From Candidatus Methylomirabilis oxygeniifera (GTDB lineage: Bacteria > Methylomirabilota > Methylomirabilia > Methylomirabilales > Methylomirabilaceae): a DNA stretch of 32,000 nt. Shown piece by piece: positions 9,048-15,850 of the stretch. The stretch lies in NCBI GenBank assembly GCA_000091165.1, contig FP565575.1, positions 1,800,001-1,832,000 of the forward strand. The letters are read 5' to 3'. The translations under genes and the position numbers were made by a program. Under the pieces are notes generated by a model, which saw nothing but the letters and a program-made list of their open reading frames with translations, was not told the origin of the DNA and did not search any database. Position 1 is the first letter of the stretch; each line of letters starts with the position of its first letter.

Positions 9048-9801
9048 CAGTGGGATAGGCCCTCGACGGAGTCTGCGGACATACATCCTCGCTCGCGCGC
9101 TCACCGTTAATCCGGCTCGTTTCAAGCGCGCGGAGCAGGTCTGGTCGTGGCCGCGCAGCCCAACGGTCATGGAAGACCACCTCTTGCAGAGGAAGCCGCG
9201 GCAACCAGCCCCTGGTCTCGAGTGCGGGCTGCGCCGGAAAGCTCTCGACGAAACCGACGCACAGGTAGGCAATGGGAATGATCCGGTCAGGGATTCCCAG
9301 AATGCTGCGAAGAGCACCAGGATCGAGGATGCTCACCCACCCGACGCCGAGACCTTCTGCGCGTGCAGCAAGCCAGAGGTTCTGGACGGCGCAGCAGGTA
9401 CTATAAACCGCGGTTTCCGGAATCGTGTTCCGTCCAATCACTGCCGGTCCAAAGCGCTCATGGTCGCACGTCACGCATAGGTTGATGGGTGCATCGAGGA
9501 TCCCTTCCAGCTTGAAGGAGAGATACGCCTCGCGGCGCTCCTTCTCAAACATTTCTGCGGCACGCAACCGCTCCACCTCAACATGTGCGCGGACCTGCCT
9601 GCGGACTTCACGGTCCTCAACAACAAGAAAGTTCCACGGCTGCGAGAATCCGACTGAGCCGGCCTGATGAGCCGCCAAGAGGATGCGAGCAAGGGTCTCC
9701 GCCGGAATGGAATCGGGGAGAAAGGCCCGCATGTCGCGGCGGCGCGTAATCGCCTCATAGAGGGCTCTACGCGACGCTTCAGGAAAGGCATGATCTGTCA
9801 T
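9034..9801 (-). CDS. bluB: 5,6-dimethylbenzimidazole synthase (BluB, flavin destructase of the nitroreductase fold)
   Basis: Close motif-by-motif match to BluB: RRDMRAF, SVGFSQPWNF, FKLEGI, CVTCD, YSTCCAVQNLWLAARAEGLGVGWVSI, ILGIPD, GWLPRLPLQEVVF. First gene behind a cobalamin riboswitch. Confidence 0.88.
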   Translation of the reverse strand: MTDHAFPEASRRALYEAITRRRDMRAFLPDSIPAETLARILLAAHQAGSVGFSQPWNFLVVEDREVRRQVRAHVEVERLRAAEMFEKERREAYLSFKLEGILDAPINLCVTCDHERFGPAVIGRNTIPETAVYSTCCAVQNLWLAARAEGLGVGWVSILDPGALRSILGIPDRIIPIAYLCVGFVESFPAQPALETRGWLPRLPLQEVVFHDRWAARPRPDLLRALETSRINGERASEDVCPQTPSRAYPTDDKQ

Positions 9802-9883
9802 AGGATCCTCACCATCGAAAAAGCAAATGAACCTCTTTGCCGAGTTACCTATCGAGACCTATGAAGTTGGGTGCATGATTCCT

Positions 9884-9919
9884 TAACAAAAAACCCCAAT
9901 TCTCCGAGGAGAATTGGGG
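9884..9919 (-). terminator. Intrinsic terminator forming the expression platform of the bluB riboswitch
   Basis: Minus strand: CCCCAATTCTC-CTCG-GAGAATTGGGG followed by TTTTTTGTT. An 11-bp perfect stem located between the aptamer (ends about 10012) and the bluB start (9801). Confidence 0.75.
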
Positions 9920-10011
9920 TGTCACTCCCAAACTAAACGCTACACCTGCGCCGCGAGAAATCCGTTCCGCGACAAGGCCGCCCTCCCCCTCGGAAGGTCA
10001 TCAGCACCTAA

Positions 10012-10269
10012 AGGTTGGGCAGGTCTCCTGACTCGCGGCTTAGCTTACTCTCTGCGCCTTCCCGTCCAAGTAGTGTTGAGCGTTTAGCGTTGAGTGTCGG
10101 GTTCTGGAACTACACACTCAACACTTACAACTTAACACTTGTCTTTTGGACAGTGGCGTTCAGCAGATTTCAATGCCGCTTACAGTTGCGGGGCAGCAAC
10201 GGCCTGACCTTCTACGCTTTGCGAAGGCTTCACCGTTTTCCCTGTTTCCGCTCTTAGCGGACCCAGCCT
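10012..10269 (-). promoter_or_regulatory. Cobalamin riboswitch aptamer controlling bluB-cbiR-cobUTS
   Basis: Minus-strand read: P1 AGGCTGGGT, then GGAAACAGGGAAAACGGTGAAG, GCTGCCCCGCAACTGTAAG, ACGCCACTG-[long hairpin]-GGACGGGAAGGCG, and the B12 box GAGTCAGGAGACCTGCCCAACCT. Confidence 0.85.
10071..10143. repeat. Heptamer-armed hairpin (AGTGTTG-type), copy 2, in the homologous variable hairpin of the bluB riboswitch
   Basis: Plus strand: AGTGTTG AGCGTTT AGCGTTG AGTGTCG, a loop, then CACACTCAACACTTACAACTTAACACT. Confidence 0.8.
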
Positions 10270-10294
10270 CACCCGATTTCGTCGGGACGCGGTA

Positions 10295-10324
10295 TATCTA
10301 ATCTTACGTTCGTCCCGGTGTCAA
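10295..10324 (-). promoter_or_regulatory. Candidate sigma-70 promoter for the bluB riboswitch transcript
   Basis: Minus strand: TTGACA (10324-10319), an 18-nt spacer, then TAGATA (10300-10295). It lies directly after the upstream terminator and about 20 nt before the riboswitch P1. Confidence 0.4.
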
Positions 10325-10364
10325 CAAAATAAAAGGCACCCCGTAATTCGCGGGGTGCCTTTTG
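10325..10364 (-). terminator. Intrinsic terminator after the small-protein gene pair (bidirectional shape)
   Basis: AGGCACCCCG-(7 nt)-CGGGGTGCCT. A 10-bp GC-rich stem with TTTTATTTT on the minus strand and TTTTGG on the plus strand. Confidence 0.75.
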
Positions 10365-10396
10365 GCTCGCGTTCGAGCCCGACGAACAAATCAGCG

Positions 10397-10642
10397 CTAC
10401 TTTTTCGCTGGAGCCGGAGCTGGAGCCGGAGCTGGAGCAGCCGCCGGAGCCGGGGCCTCTTCTTTCTTAGCCGCCTTCTTAGCCGCCTTCTTGGCCGGCT
10501 TCTCCGCAGCAGGGGCCGCCTTCTCCGCAGCAGGGGCCGCAGGCGCAGCCTCGTGCTTCTTCATTTCATCAGCAAAGCTCAGACCAGCCACGGAGACGCT
10601 GAACAGGCCGGCCATCACTACGATACCGAGTTTCTTCATCAT
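10397..10642 (-). CDS. Small secreted Ala/Pro/Lys-rich low-complexity protein (81 aa), paralog 2
   Basis: Strong RBS AGGAGGTGA. Signal peptide MMKKLGIVVMAGLFSVSVAGLSFA|DE. Mature part: MKKHEAAPAAPAAEKAAPAAEKPAKKAAKKAAKKEEAPAPAAAPAPAPAPAPAKK. A terminator follows. Confidence 0.7.
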   Translation of the reverse strand: MMKKLGIVVMAGLFSVSVAGLSFADEMKKHEAAPAAPAAEKAAPAAEKPAKKAAKKAAKKEEAPAPAAAPAPAPAPAPAKK

Positions 10643-10663
10643 CGCTTGAAATCACCTCCTTCC
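10569..10663. repeat. 95-nt perfect direct repeat, copy A (RBS plus signal-peptide coding part of the small-protein genes)
   Basis: Identical to 10862-10956 base for base. The flanking bases differ. Confidence 0.9.
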
Positions 10664-10698
10664 AGGTCTTAATACCATATCGTTCCGAAAAAGAGTGA

Positions 10699-10935
10699 TT
10701 ACTTCTTCGCTGGGGCTGGAGCAGCCGCCGGGGCCTCCTCCGCCTTCTTGTCGGCCTTCTTAGCCGCTGCCTTCTTCTTGGGCTCCTCCTTCTTCGCGCC
10801 AGCACATGGGTTGGCCGGAGCGGCCGCCGCGGGCGCGGCGGGAGCCGCGGACTTCTTCTCGTCAGCAAAGCTCAGACCAGCCACGGAGACGCTGAACAGG
10901 CCGGCCATCACTACGATACCGAGTTTCTTCATCAT
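10699..10935 (-). CDS. Small secreted Ala/Pro/Lys-rich low-complexity protein (78 aa), paralog 1
   Basis: Same RBS and an identical 26-aa signal peptide. Mature part: KKSAAPAAPAAAAPANPCAGAKKEEPKKKAAAKKADKKAEEAPAAAPAPAKK. Confidence 0.7.
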   Translation of the reverse strand: MMKKLGIVVMAGLFSVSVAGLSFADEKKSAAPAAPAAAAPANPCAGAKKEEPKKKAAAKKADKKAEEAPAAAPAPAKK

Positions 10936-10956
10936 CGCTTGAAATCACCTCCTTCC
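10862..10956. repeat. 95-nt perfect direct repeat, copy B
   Basis: Identical to 10569-10663. Confidence 0.9.
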
Positions 10957-11000
10957 TCGTTTTGATATCACATCACCAGAAGAATTTAACTGTCACATTT

Positions 11001-11016
11001 TGCAGGAGCGGTGCCA
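11001..11016 (-). promoter_or_regulatory. Sigma-54 (-24/-12) type promoter upstream of the small-protein pair
   Basis: Minus strand: TGGCAC-CGCTC-CTGCA. GG and GC are spaced exactly as in the TGGCAC-N5-TTGCA consensus. It lies about 65 nt upstream of the ATG at 10935, in an AT-rich spacer. Confidence 0.55.
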
Positions 11017-11173
11017 AGGTTCGAATTCTTTCACAAATTATTCTCCTCAATAAATCTCACAAGTTACGAACCATACCTACCAGAGTCTGGCGATGAAGGA
11101 AGGGACTTATCCTTCTGTTCACCCGTTTTGGGACGTGGTCTATCCCAATTGGGTTAGCCACGATTGAGGAGAT

Positions 11174-13189
11174 TCAGCGGGAAAAGAGGTGACGAACCCA
11201 GCGCCAAGGAACAAATGCACCTCGGGGGCAGGTTGCTCTTGGTTCCGTCCCCTGGATAAAAACCTCGTCTACGCCGCCTGAACAGTCGGAGGTCAGGCGG
11301 ACGCCGGACGCAGGATCGATCTTGGCTGTGACGATCCCTGGCGGAGGCTCAAAGCTTCGAGACGGATGGCCGACAGACGTGTGCTCAATAAACTGCGTCC
11401 AGATCGGCAGCGCGGCCTGAGCTCCTGTCAACTGAAGCGGGGCCCCGGAATCGATACCGACCCACACGCCGGCAATCAGGTCCGGCGTGTAGCCGACAAA
11501 CCAGGCATCCCGCAGGTCGTTGCTGGTTCCGGTCTTACCCGCAGCTTCCCTAGTCAGCCCGAGGCCATAAGCCGAGGCAGCAGTGCCCCGTTCAATGGCG
11601 CCTCGCAGCATCGACGTTACCAGGAAGGCGGCCTGCGGAGAAGCCGCTCGCCGCACCTCGCGCCTCTCTTCGAACAGGAGATGCCCCTGACCATCCTCCA
11701 CTCTCCTGATCGTATGGGGTCTCAGCCACTCTCCACCCCTGGCGAGCGTGCCATACGCTGCGGTAATCTCCAACACGCTGACCTCAGACGCACCCAATAG
11801 CGTCGCCGGGCTTGGTCGAAGCGGGCTTTCGATGCCTGACGCTCTGGCCTGCTCAATCACGCGACTCAACCCGACTTGCTCGCCAATTGTGATAGTGGCA
11901 GCATTGAGGGACCGCTCAAGCGCCTCGCGCAGCCGAACCTTGCCGTAGTAGATGCCGTTGAAGTTCCTCGGCCTCCATCGTCCGTTCCCCGCATCCGGCG
12001 CAAGCGGACGATCTTCCACAATGGCTGCAGGCGTAAGCGCTTCGCGCCCATCGACGCGTCCGGCTTCAAAAGCCGCCAGATAGATGAATGGCTTGAAGAG
12101 CGAGCCGGGCTGTCGTTTGGCCTGGACGGCGCGGTTAAACTGGCTGCGTTGATAGTCCCTCCCGCCCACCATCGCCTTGATGGCTCCCGCTTTCACATCC
12201 ACCGCCACCAGTGCGCCCTCTACAGTAATCCCTGGCGTCCTCTTTCGCCGTCCGTCAAGCTTCGATAGCCCTTGTACAACGGCCCGATAAGCCGCCTGTT
12301 GCGTTGCCACATCAAGGGTAGTAAAGACCTTCAGTGCCCCGCCATTCGAGGCGCCTGCAAGTTTAGCCTCAAGCTCTTTCCGAACGAAATCTAGAAAATG
12401 CGTCGCTCCCACAGTCGAATCCCGCACGACCCGAACCCGTTCCTTCAGGGCGCGGCGATAGTCTGCATCGCTCAATCTCCGCTCCTCCCACATGCGGCGA
12501 AGGACTAGATCCCGGCGCTGGCAAGCACGTCGCAGCGACACGAGGGGTGAGGTCGTGTTAGGCGACCGGATCAGACCGACCAACAAAGCCACCTCATCCG
12601 GGCGGAGCGCGCCGGGCTCTTTGCCCAGGTAATGGCGCGAGGCGGCCGTCATCCCGCGCACCTCGTAGGTCCCGCGTTGACCGAGATAAACATCGTTGAG
12701 ATACCGCTCCAAAATCTCCGGCTTCGACAGGATGATTTCCATGCCAAGGGCGAGGGCAGCTTCTTTGATCTTTCGTGAGAACGTGCGTTCACGGGTGAGA
12801 TACCGCGACCGGGCAAGTTGTTGGGTCAAGGTGCTCCCACCCTGGACGATGGACTCATGCTGTGCGTTTGCCCATGCGGCCCTCATGACCGCGCGCAAAT
12901 CTACTCCATGATGTTCATAGAAGCGGCGATCTTCCATGAGCAGGACCGCATCGATCAAAAGAGGGGGGTAGGCGCTCAAGGGACGCTCTTCGCGCAATTC
13001 GTAAGCCGATCCATTGAACACCGCCATCGGCGTGTGAGCGCCGGCGGCATAGATCAACAGCGTAGGGCTGAATACCCGGCCGGCCAGAACATGCCAGACC
13101 GCCCAGGCGACCGCGACTCCTGCGAACAGAACCAGGAAGATCCTCGGACGAATTGCCGCCCGCCAGAGAGGTAATGCCTGTCCACTCAT
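11174..13189 (-). CDS. Class A penicillin-binding protein (GT51 glycosyltransferase plus transpeptidase, PBP1A family)
   Basis: N-terminal TM segment. GT51 motifs EDRRFYEHHGVD, GGSTLTQQLAR and RKIKEA. Transpeptidase motifs SLFKP (SxxK), SLN (SxN) and KTGTS (KTG). Confidence 0.9.
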   Translation of the reverse strand: MSGQALPLWRAAIRPRIFLVLFAGVAVAWAVWHVLAGRVFSPTLLIYAAGAHTPMAVFNGSAYELREERPLSAYPPLLIDAVLLMEDRRFYEHHGVDLRAVMRAAWANAQHESIVQGGSTLTQQLARSRYLTRERTFSRKIKEAALALGMEIILSKPEILERYLNDVYLGQRGTYEVRGMTAASRHYLGKEPGALRPDEVALLVGLIRSPNTTSPLVSLRRACQRRDLVLRRMWEERRLSDADYRRALKERVRVVRDSTVGATHFLDFVRKELEAKLAGASNGGALKVFTTLDVATQQAAYRAVVQGLSKLDGRRKRTPGITVEGALVAVDVKAGAIKAMVGGRDYQRSQFNRAVQAKRQPGSLFKPFIYLAAFEAGRVDGREALTPAAIVEDRPLAPDAGNGRWRPRNFNGIYYGKVRLREALERSLNAATITIGEQVGLSRVIEQARASGIESPLRPSPATLLGASEVSVLEITAAYGTLARGGEWLRPHTIRRVEDGQGHLLFEERREVRRAASPQAAFLVTSMLRGAIERGTAASAYGLGLTREAAGKTGTSNDLRDAWFVGYTPDLIAGVWVGIDSGAPLQLTGAQAALPIWTQFIEHTSVGHPSRSFEPPPGIVTAKIDPASGVRLTSDCSGGVDEVFIQGTEPRATCPRGAFVPWRWVRHLFSR

Positions 13190-13639
13190 AGTCTTTGTAA
13201 TCGATTCTCGCTATCATCTTGAGTCGTCCGAACCGCGCTCACAATACGACAGTAAAAAGCAACTATCGTGCCATGCCGGACACCACATGACGATGCCTCG
13301 GAAAGCGGCGGTATAACCGCATAATTGACTCTGTTACGCTCAGACCGGCTCGATCTCTAAGAGGTGAGAATTGCACATCAGGAAGGTAAGTTTTGCTTCT
13401 TATTCAACAGGGACACTCGGTAAGGGTCGCCTGTGTGTGCGGTGTGTGTGCGGGTAGATGTGGCAGGGCCCGGAATGAATGGTGCGGAATGCCCGGAGAT
13501 CCGCCGAGCCTCCGTTGGGAAGGCACACGAGAATCGTTCTGCGAAGGCTGAGAGTCTCGCGCTAACAGAAGACTCCGGGATGGCCGGTTACGATCCTCAC
13601 GTACACATCGGAACGATCCTTCACTCTGATCAAATCAGG

Positions 13640-13668
13640 CACAAAAGGCGGAGTAGGCCCCGCCTGCT
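13640..13668 (-). terminator. Possible intrinsic terminator after mlaA
   Basis: Minus strand: GGCGG-GGCCTACT-CCGCC followed by TTTTGT. The stem is short. Confidence 0.35.
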
Positions 13669-13701
13669 TGATGTCAATGGCGCAAAGGGTTGAGCGTACG
13701 A

Positions 13702-14541
13702 TTACTTCTCGATGGCTTTCTGTCTCCGCTGCAGATAGGCGTTCCGCACCGCGCTGTACAAGTCAATGGTCGATTCCTCAACGCTCTCGTACAATTCCAG
13801 ATTCTGCGACCGGGTATTGACGACTTCTCCGCTCCTTCTCCCGAACGATGCGGCCAGTGGAACAAAGTAATTGATCGGGTCCATCGCCACGTCGGCCACA
13901 GCGCCGAAGGCGTCACGGACCGTCAGCGGGGGCAACAATGGGAAGATGAAATAGGGACCCGGACCTACCCCCCATTTACCCAGCGTTTGGCCGGTGTCTG
14001 CGTCGTTCTTTTCAAATCCCCACTTCTTCGCGACATCGAAAAGGCCGATGACCCCCACCGTTGTATTGATACCGAAGCGAGTGAGCTCGTTACCGGCTCC
14101 CTTGAATTCGGCCTGCAACATGTGGTTGACAACGCGCCGAGGCATGGCGACGTTATCGAAGGCGTTGCCGAGGCTTTCCTGTACGGGGTCCGGAAGGTAA
14201 TCCCACGCAGTCCCCACAGGTTTAAGGACATACCGATCAACTATGTTATGGTTGAAGTCGAATATCGTTTCATTATACGGCTCCCAAGGGTCATACTCCT
14301 CAATCTGTTCCTTCTCCATCGACACCGCGCCTTCCATCTGTCGGATAGCGCCCTCATCGGTCGATTGCGGATCCGCCGCCATGACGCCCGATGCGCCTAA
14401 GCTTGCGATTGCCACGGCAACCGCCAATATACCCATCCACGACAATGATCTCCTGACCCTGTGTCCCACCCTTTCTCTCCTTTCCTTGGTCAAAGCCGAC
14501 ATTCGCGATCGCTTACCGCCACTCCTTCGCCCTTGCCCCAC
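13702..14541 (-). CDS. mlaA: MlaA/VacJ-family protein (outer-membrane lipid asymmetry maintenance)
   Basis: DPWEPYNETIFDFNHNIVDRYVLKPVGTAWDYLPDPVQESLGNAFDN, FGINTTVGVIGLFDVA, and GQTLGKWGVGPGPYFIFPLLPPLTVRD. Alternative starts at 14502 or 14436 (MGILAVAVAIASLGASGVMA signal-like). Confidence 0.85.
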   Translation of the reverse strand: MGQGRRSGGKRSRMSALTKERRERVGHRVRRSLSWMGILAVAVAIASLGASGVMAADPQSTDEGAIRQMEGAVSMEKEQIEEYDPWEPYNETIFDFNHNIVDRYVLKPVGTAWDYLPDPVQESLGNAFDNVAMPRRVVNHMLQAEFKGAGNELTRFGINTTVGVIGLFDVAKKWGFEKNDADTGQTLGKWGVGPGPYFIFPLLPPLTVRDAFGAVADVAMDPINYFVPLAASFGRRSGEVVNTRSQNLELYESVEESTIDLYSAVRNAYLQRRQKAIEK

Positions 14542-14674
14542 CTTCCCAGTTTCCTAAAAGAGCGCATCATCTTTACCATGAATTGTCTTTCTTGTCGCGA
14601 AAAATTTGCAGCTCGTTCTCTGCCTGAACGCCTTCTCTGCGAAAAAGCTCTATCGGGTCATTTTCTGTAGCTGA

Positions 14675-15643
14675 TCACGGGATCAGTAAAACCTTCCCTT
14701 TAGTCTTGCGTTCCTCGAGGCAGCGATGAGCGACGGCAGCCTCGGAAAGCGGGAAGGTCGCATCGATCCGCACAGTAAGCGTCCCCGCAGTGATCCACTC
14801 GAACAGATCCCCTGCCCGTTTCAACAGTTCCGCCCGATCGAGCGTGTAGTGCATCAGGTTAGGACGGGTCAGAAAGACTGAACCCTTGGCGCTGAGCACC
14901 TGAGGATTGAACGGCGGCACCGGTCCGCTCGACTGGCCGTAGAGGACCATGCAGCCGCGAGGACTGAGACAGTTCAGGCTCTTATCGAAGGTATCCTGCC
15001 CGACCGAGTCGTAGACCACGTGCACGCCCCTGCCGTCCGTCAGGCGCCTGGTCTCCGCATCGAAGTCGGCCTGTGTATAAAGGATGACCTCGTCTGCGCC
15101 GGCCTCCCTGGCCAGATGCGCCTTTTCCTCCGTTGAAACGGTCCCGATGACCCTAGCGCCACGCCGCTTCGCCATCTGGATCAGGAGTAGGCCGACGCCG
15201 CCTGCCGCCGCATGGATCAGCGCGCAGTCGCCCGGCTGGAGCGGATAGGTGCTGTGAGTCAGATAGTGCGCGGTCAGCCCTTGCAACATCACCGCCGCCG
15301 CCAACCGCACATCGATGGCATCCGGAATCGGCACCAGCCGCCGCGCCGGAACCACCGCATACTCCGAGTAGGCGCCTACGTGCATCGCGTAGACGACGCG
15401 GGTTCCCGGCGTAAGGTCCGACACGCCCGGACCGACCGCGTCGATGACGCCGGCCGCCTCCCTGCCTGGGATTACCGGCAACGGGTCAGGGTACTGGCCC
15501 TTCCGCTGGTAGATGTCGATATAGTTGACCCCCACCGCCTCAATCTTGACCCGTGCTTCGCCCGCGCCGGGTTCGGGGAGCGCTACCTCTTCACAGCGAA
15601 GCACTTCAGGACCGCCATACTCATGCATCCGAATCGCCCGCAT
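14675..15643 (-). CDS. qor: NADPH:quinone oxidoreductase (zeta-crystallin / MDR family)
   Basis: [36 protein letters not shown], nucleotide-binding AAAGGVG. 322 aa. Confidence 0.88.
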   Translation of the reverse strand: MRAIRMHEYGGPEVLRCEEVALPEPGAGEARVKIEAVGVNYIDIYQRKGQYPDPLPVIPGREAAGVIDAVGPGVSDLTPGTRVVYAMHVGAYSEYAVVPARRLVPIPDAIDVRLAAAVMLQGLTAHYLTHSTYPLQPGDCALIHAAAGGVGLLLIQMAKRRGARVIGTVSTEEKAHLAREAGADEVILYTQADFDAETRRLTDGRGVHVVYDSVGQDTFDKSLNCLSPRGCMVLYGQSSGPVPPFNPQVLSAKGSVFLTRPNLMHYTLDRAELLKRAGDLFEWITAGTLTVRIDATFPLSEAAVAHRCLEERKTKGKVLLIP

Positions 15644-15665
15644 ACTGTTGTCTCCCTCTGGAAAA

Positions 15666-15850
15666 GCGATCAGCGAGATAGCTCTCAGCGCTCAGCCGTC
15701 AGCAATCAGCCAATAAACGTCATTCCCGCGAAATCGGGAATTCAGAACACGACTGGATTCCGGATCAAGTCCGGAATGACAAACTGCTCAAAACAACGCA
15801 CACGAGTATACCTATATCTTCGGCTGAAAGCTGATCGCTGATCGCTCAGT
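15666..15850. repeat. Composite palindromic element: (TCAGCNN)n arm, cloverleaf REP-like core, (GCTGANN)n arm
   Basis: Left arm: TCAGCGC TCAGCCG TCAGCAA TCAGCCA (15685-15712). Core at 15719-15780: GTCATTCCCGCGAAATCGGGAATTCAGAACACGACTGGATTCCGGATCAAGTCCGGAATGAC. Right arm: GCTGAAA GCTGATC GCTGATC GCTCAGT (15823-15850), which overlaps the stop codon of the DsrE-like gene. Confidence 0.65.

Noticed and set aside
10355-10942. Several low-complexity ORFs on both strands (10355..10672+, 10362..10649+, 10569..10868-, 10748..10942+)
   Set aside because: They are mirror or shifted frames of the Ala/Pro/Lys-rich genes. Only the two minus-strand frames with an RBS plus a signal peptide are credible.
11011-11030. 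GGTTCGAAT, a T-loop-like string, suggesting a tRNA
   Set aside because: No acceptor, D or anticodon arms can be drawn around it. The GGCAC part belongs to the sigma-54 -24 element. A similar GGTTCGAAC at 7666 is inside the cobT/cobU coding sequence.
14600-14625. GGCAGA...TGCA upstream of mlaA as a second sigma-54 promoter
   Set aside because: The GG-to-GC spacing is 3 nt too long relative to the -24/-12 consensus.
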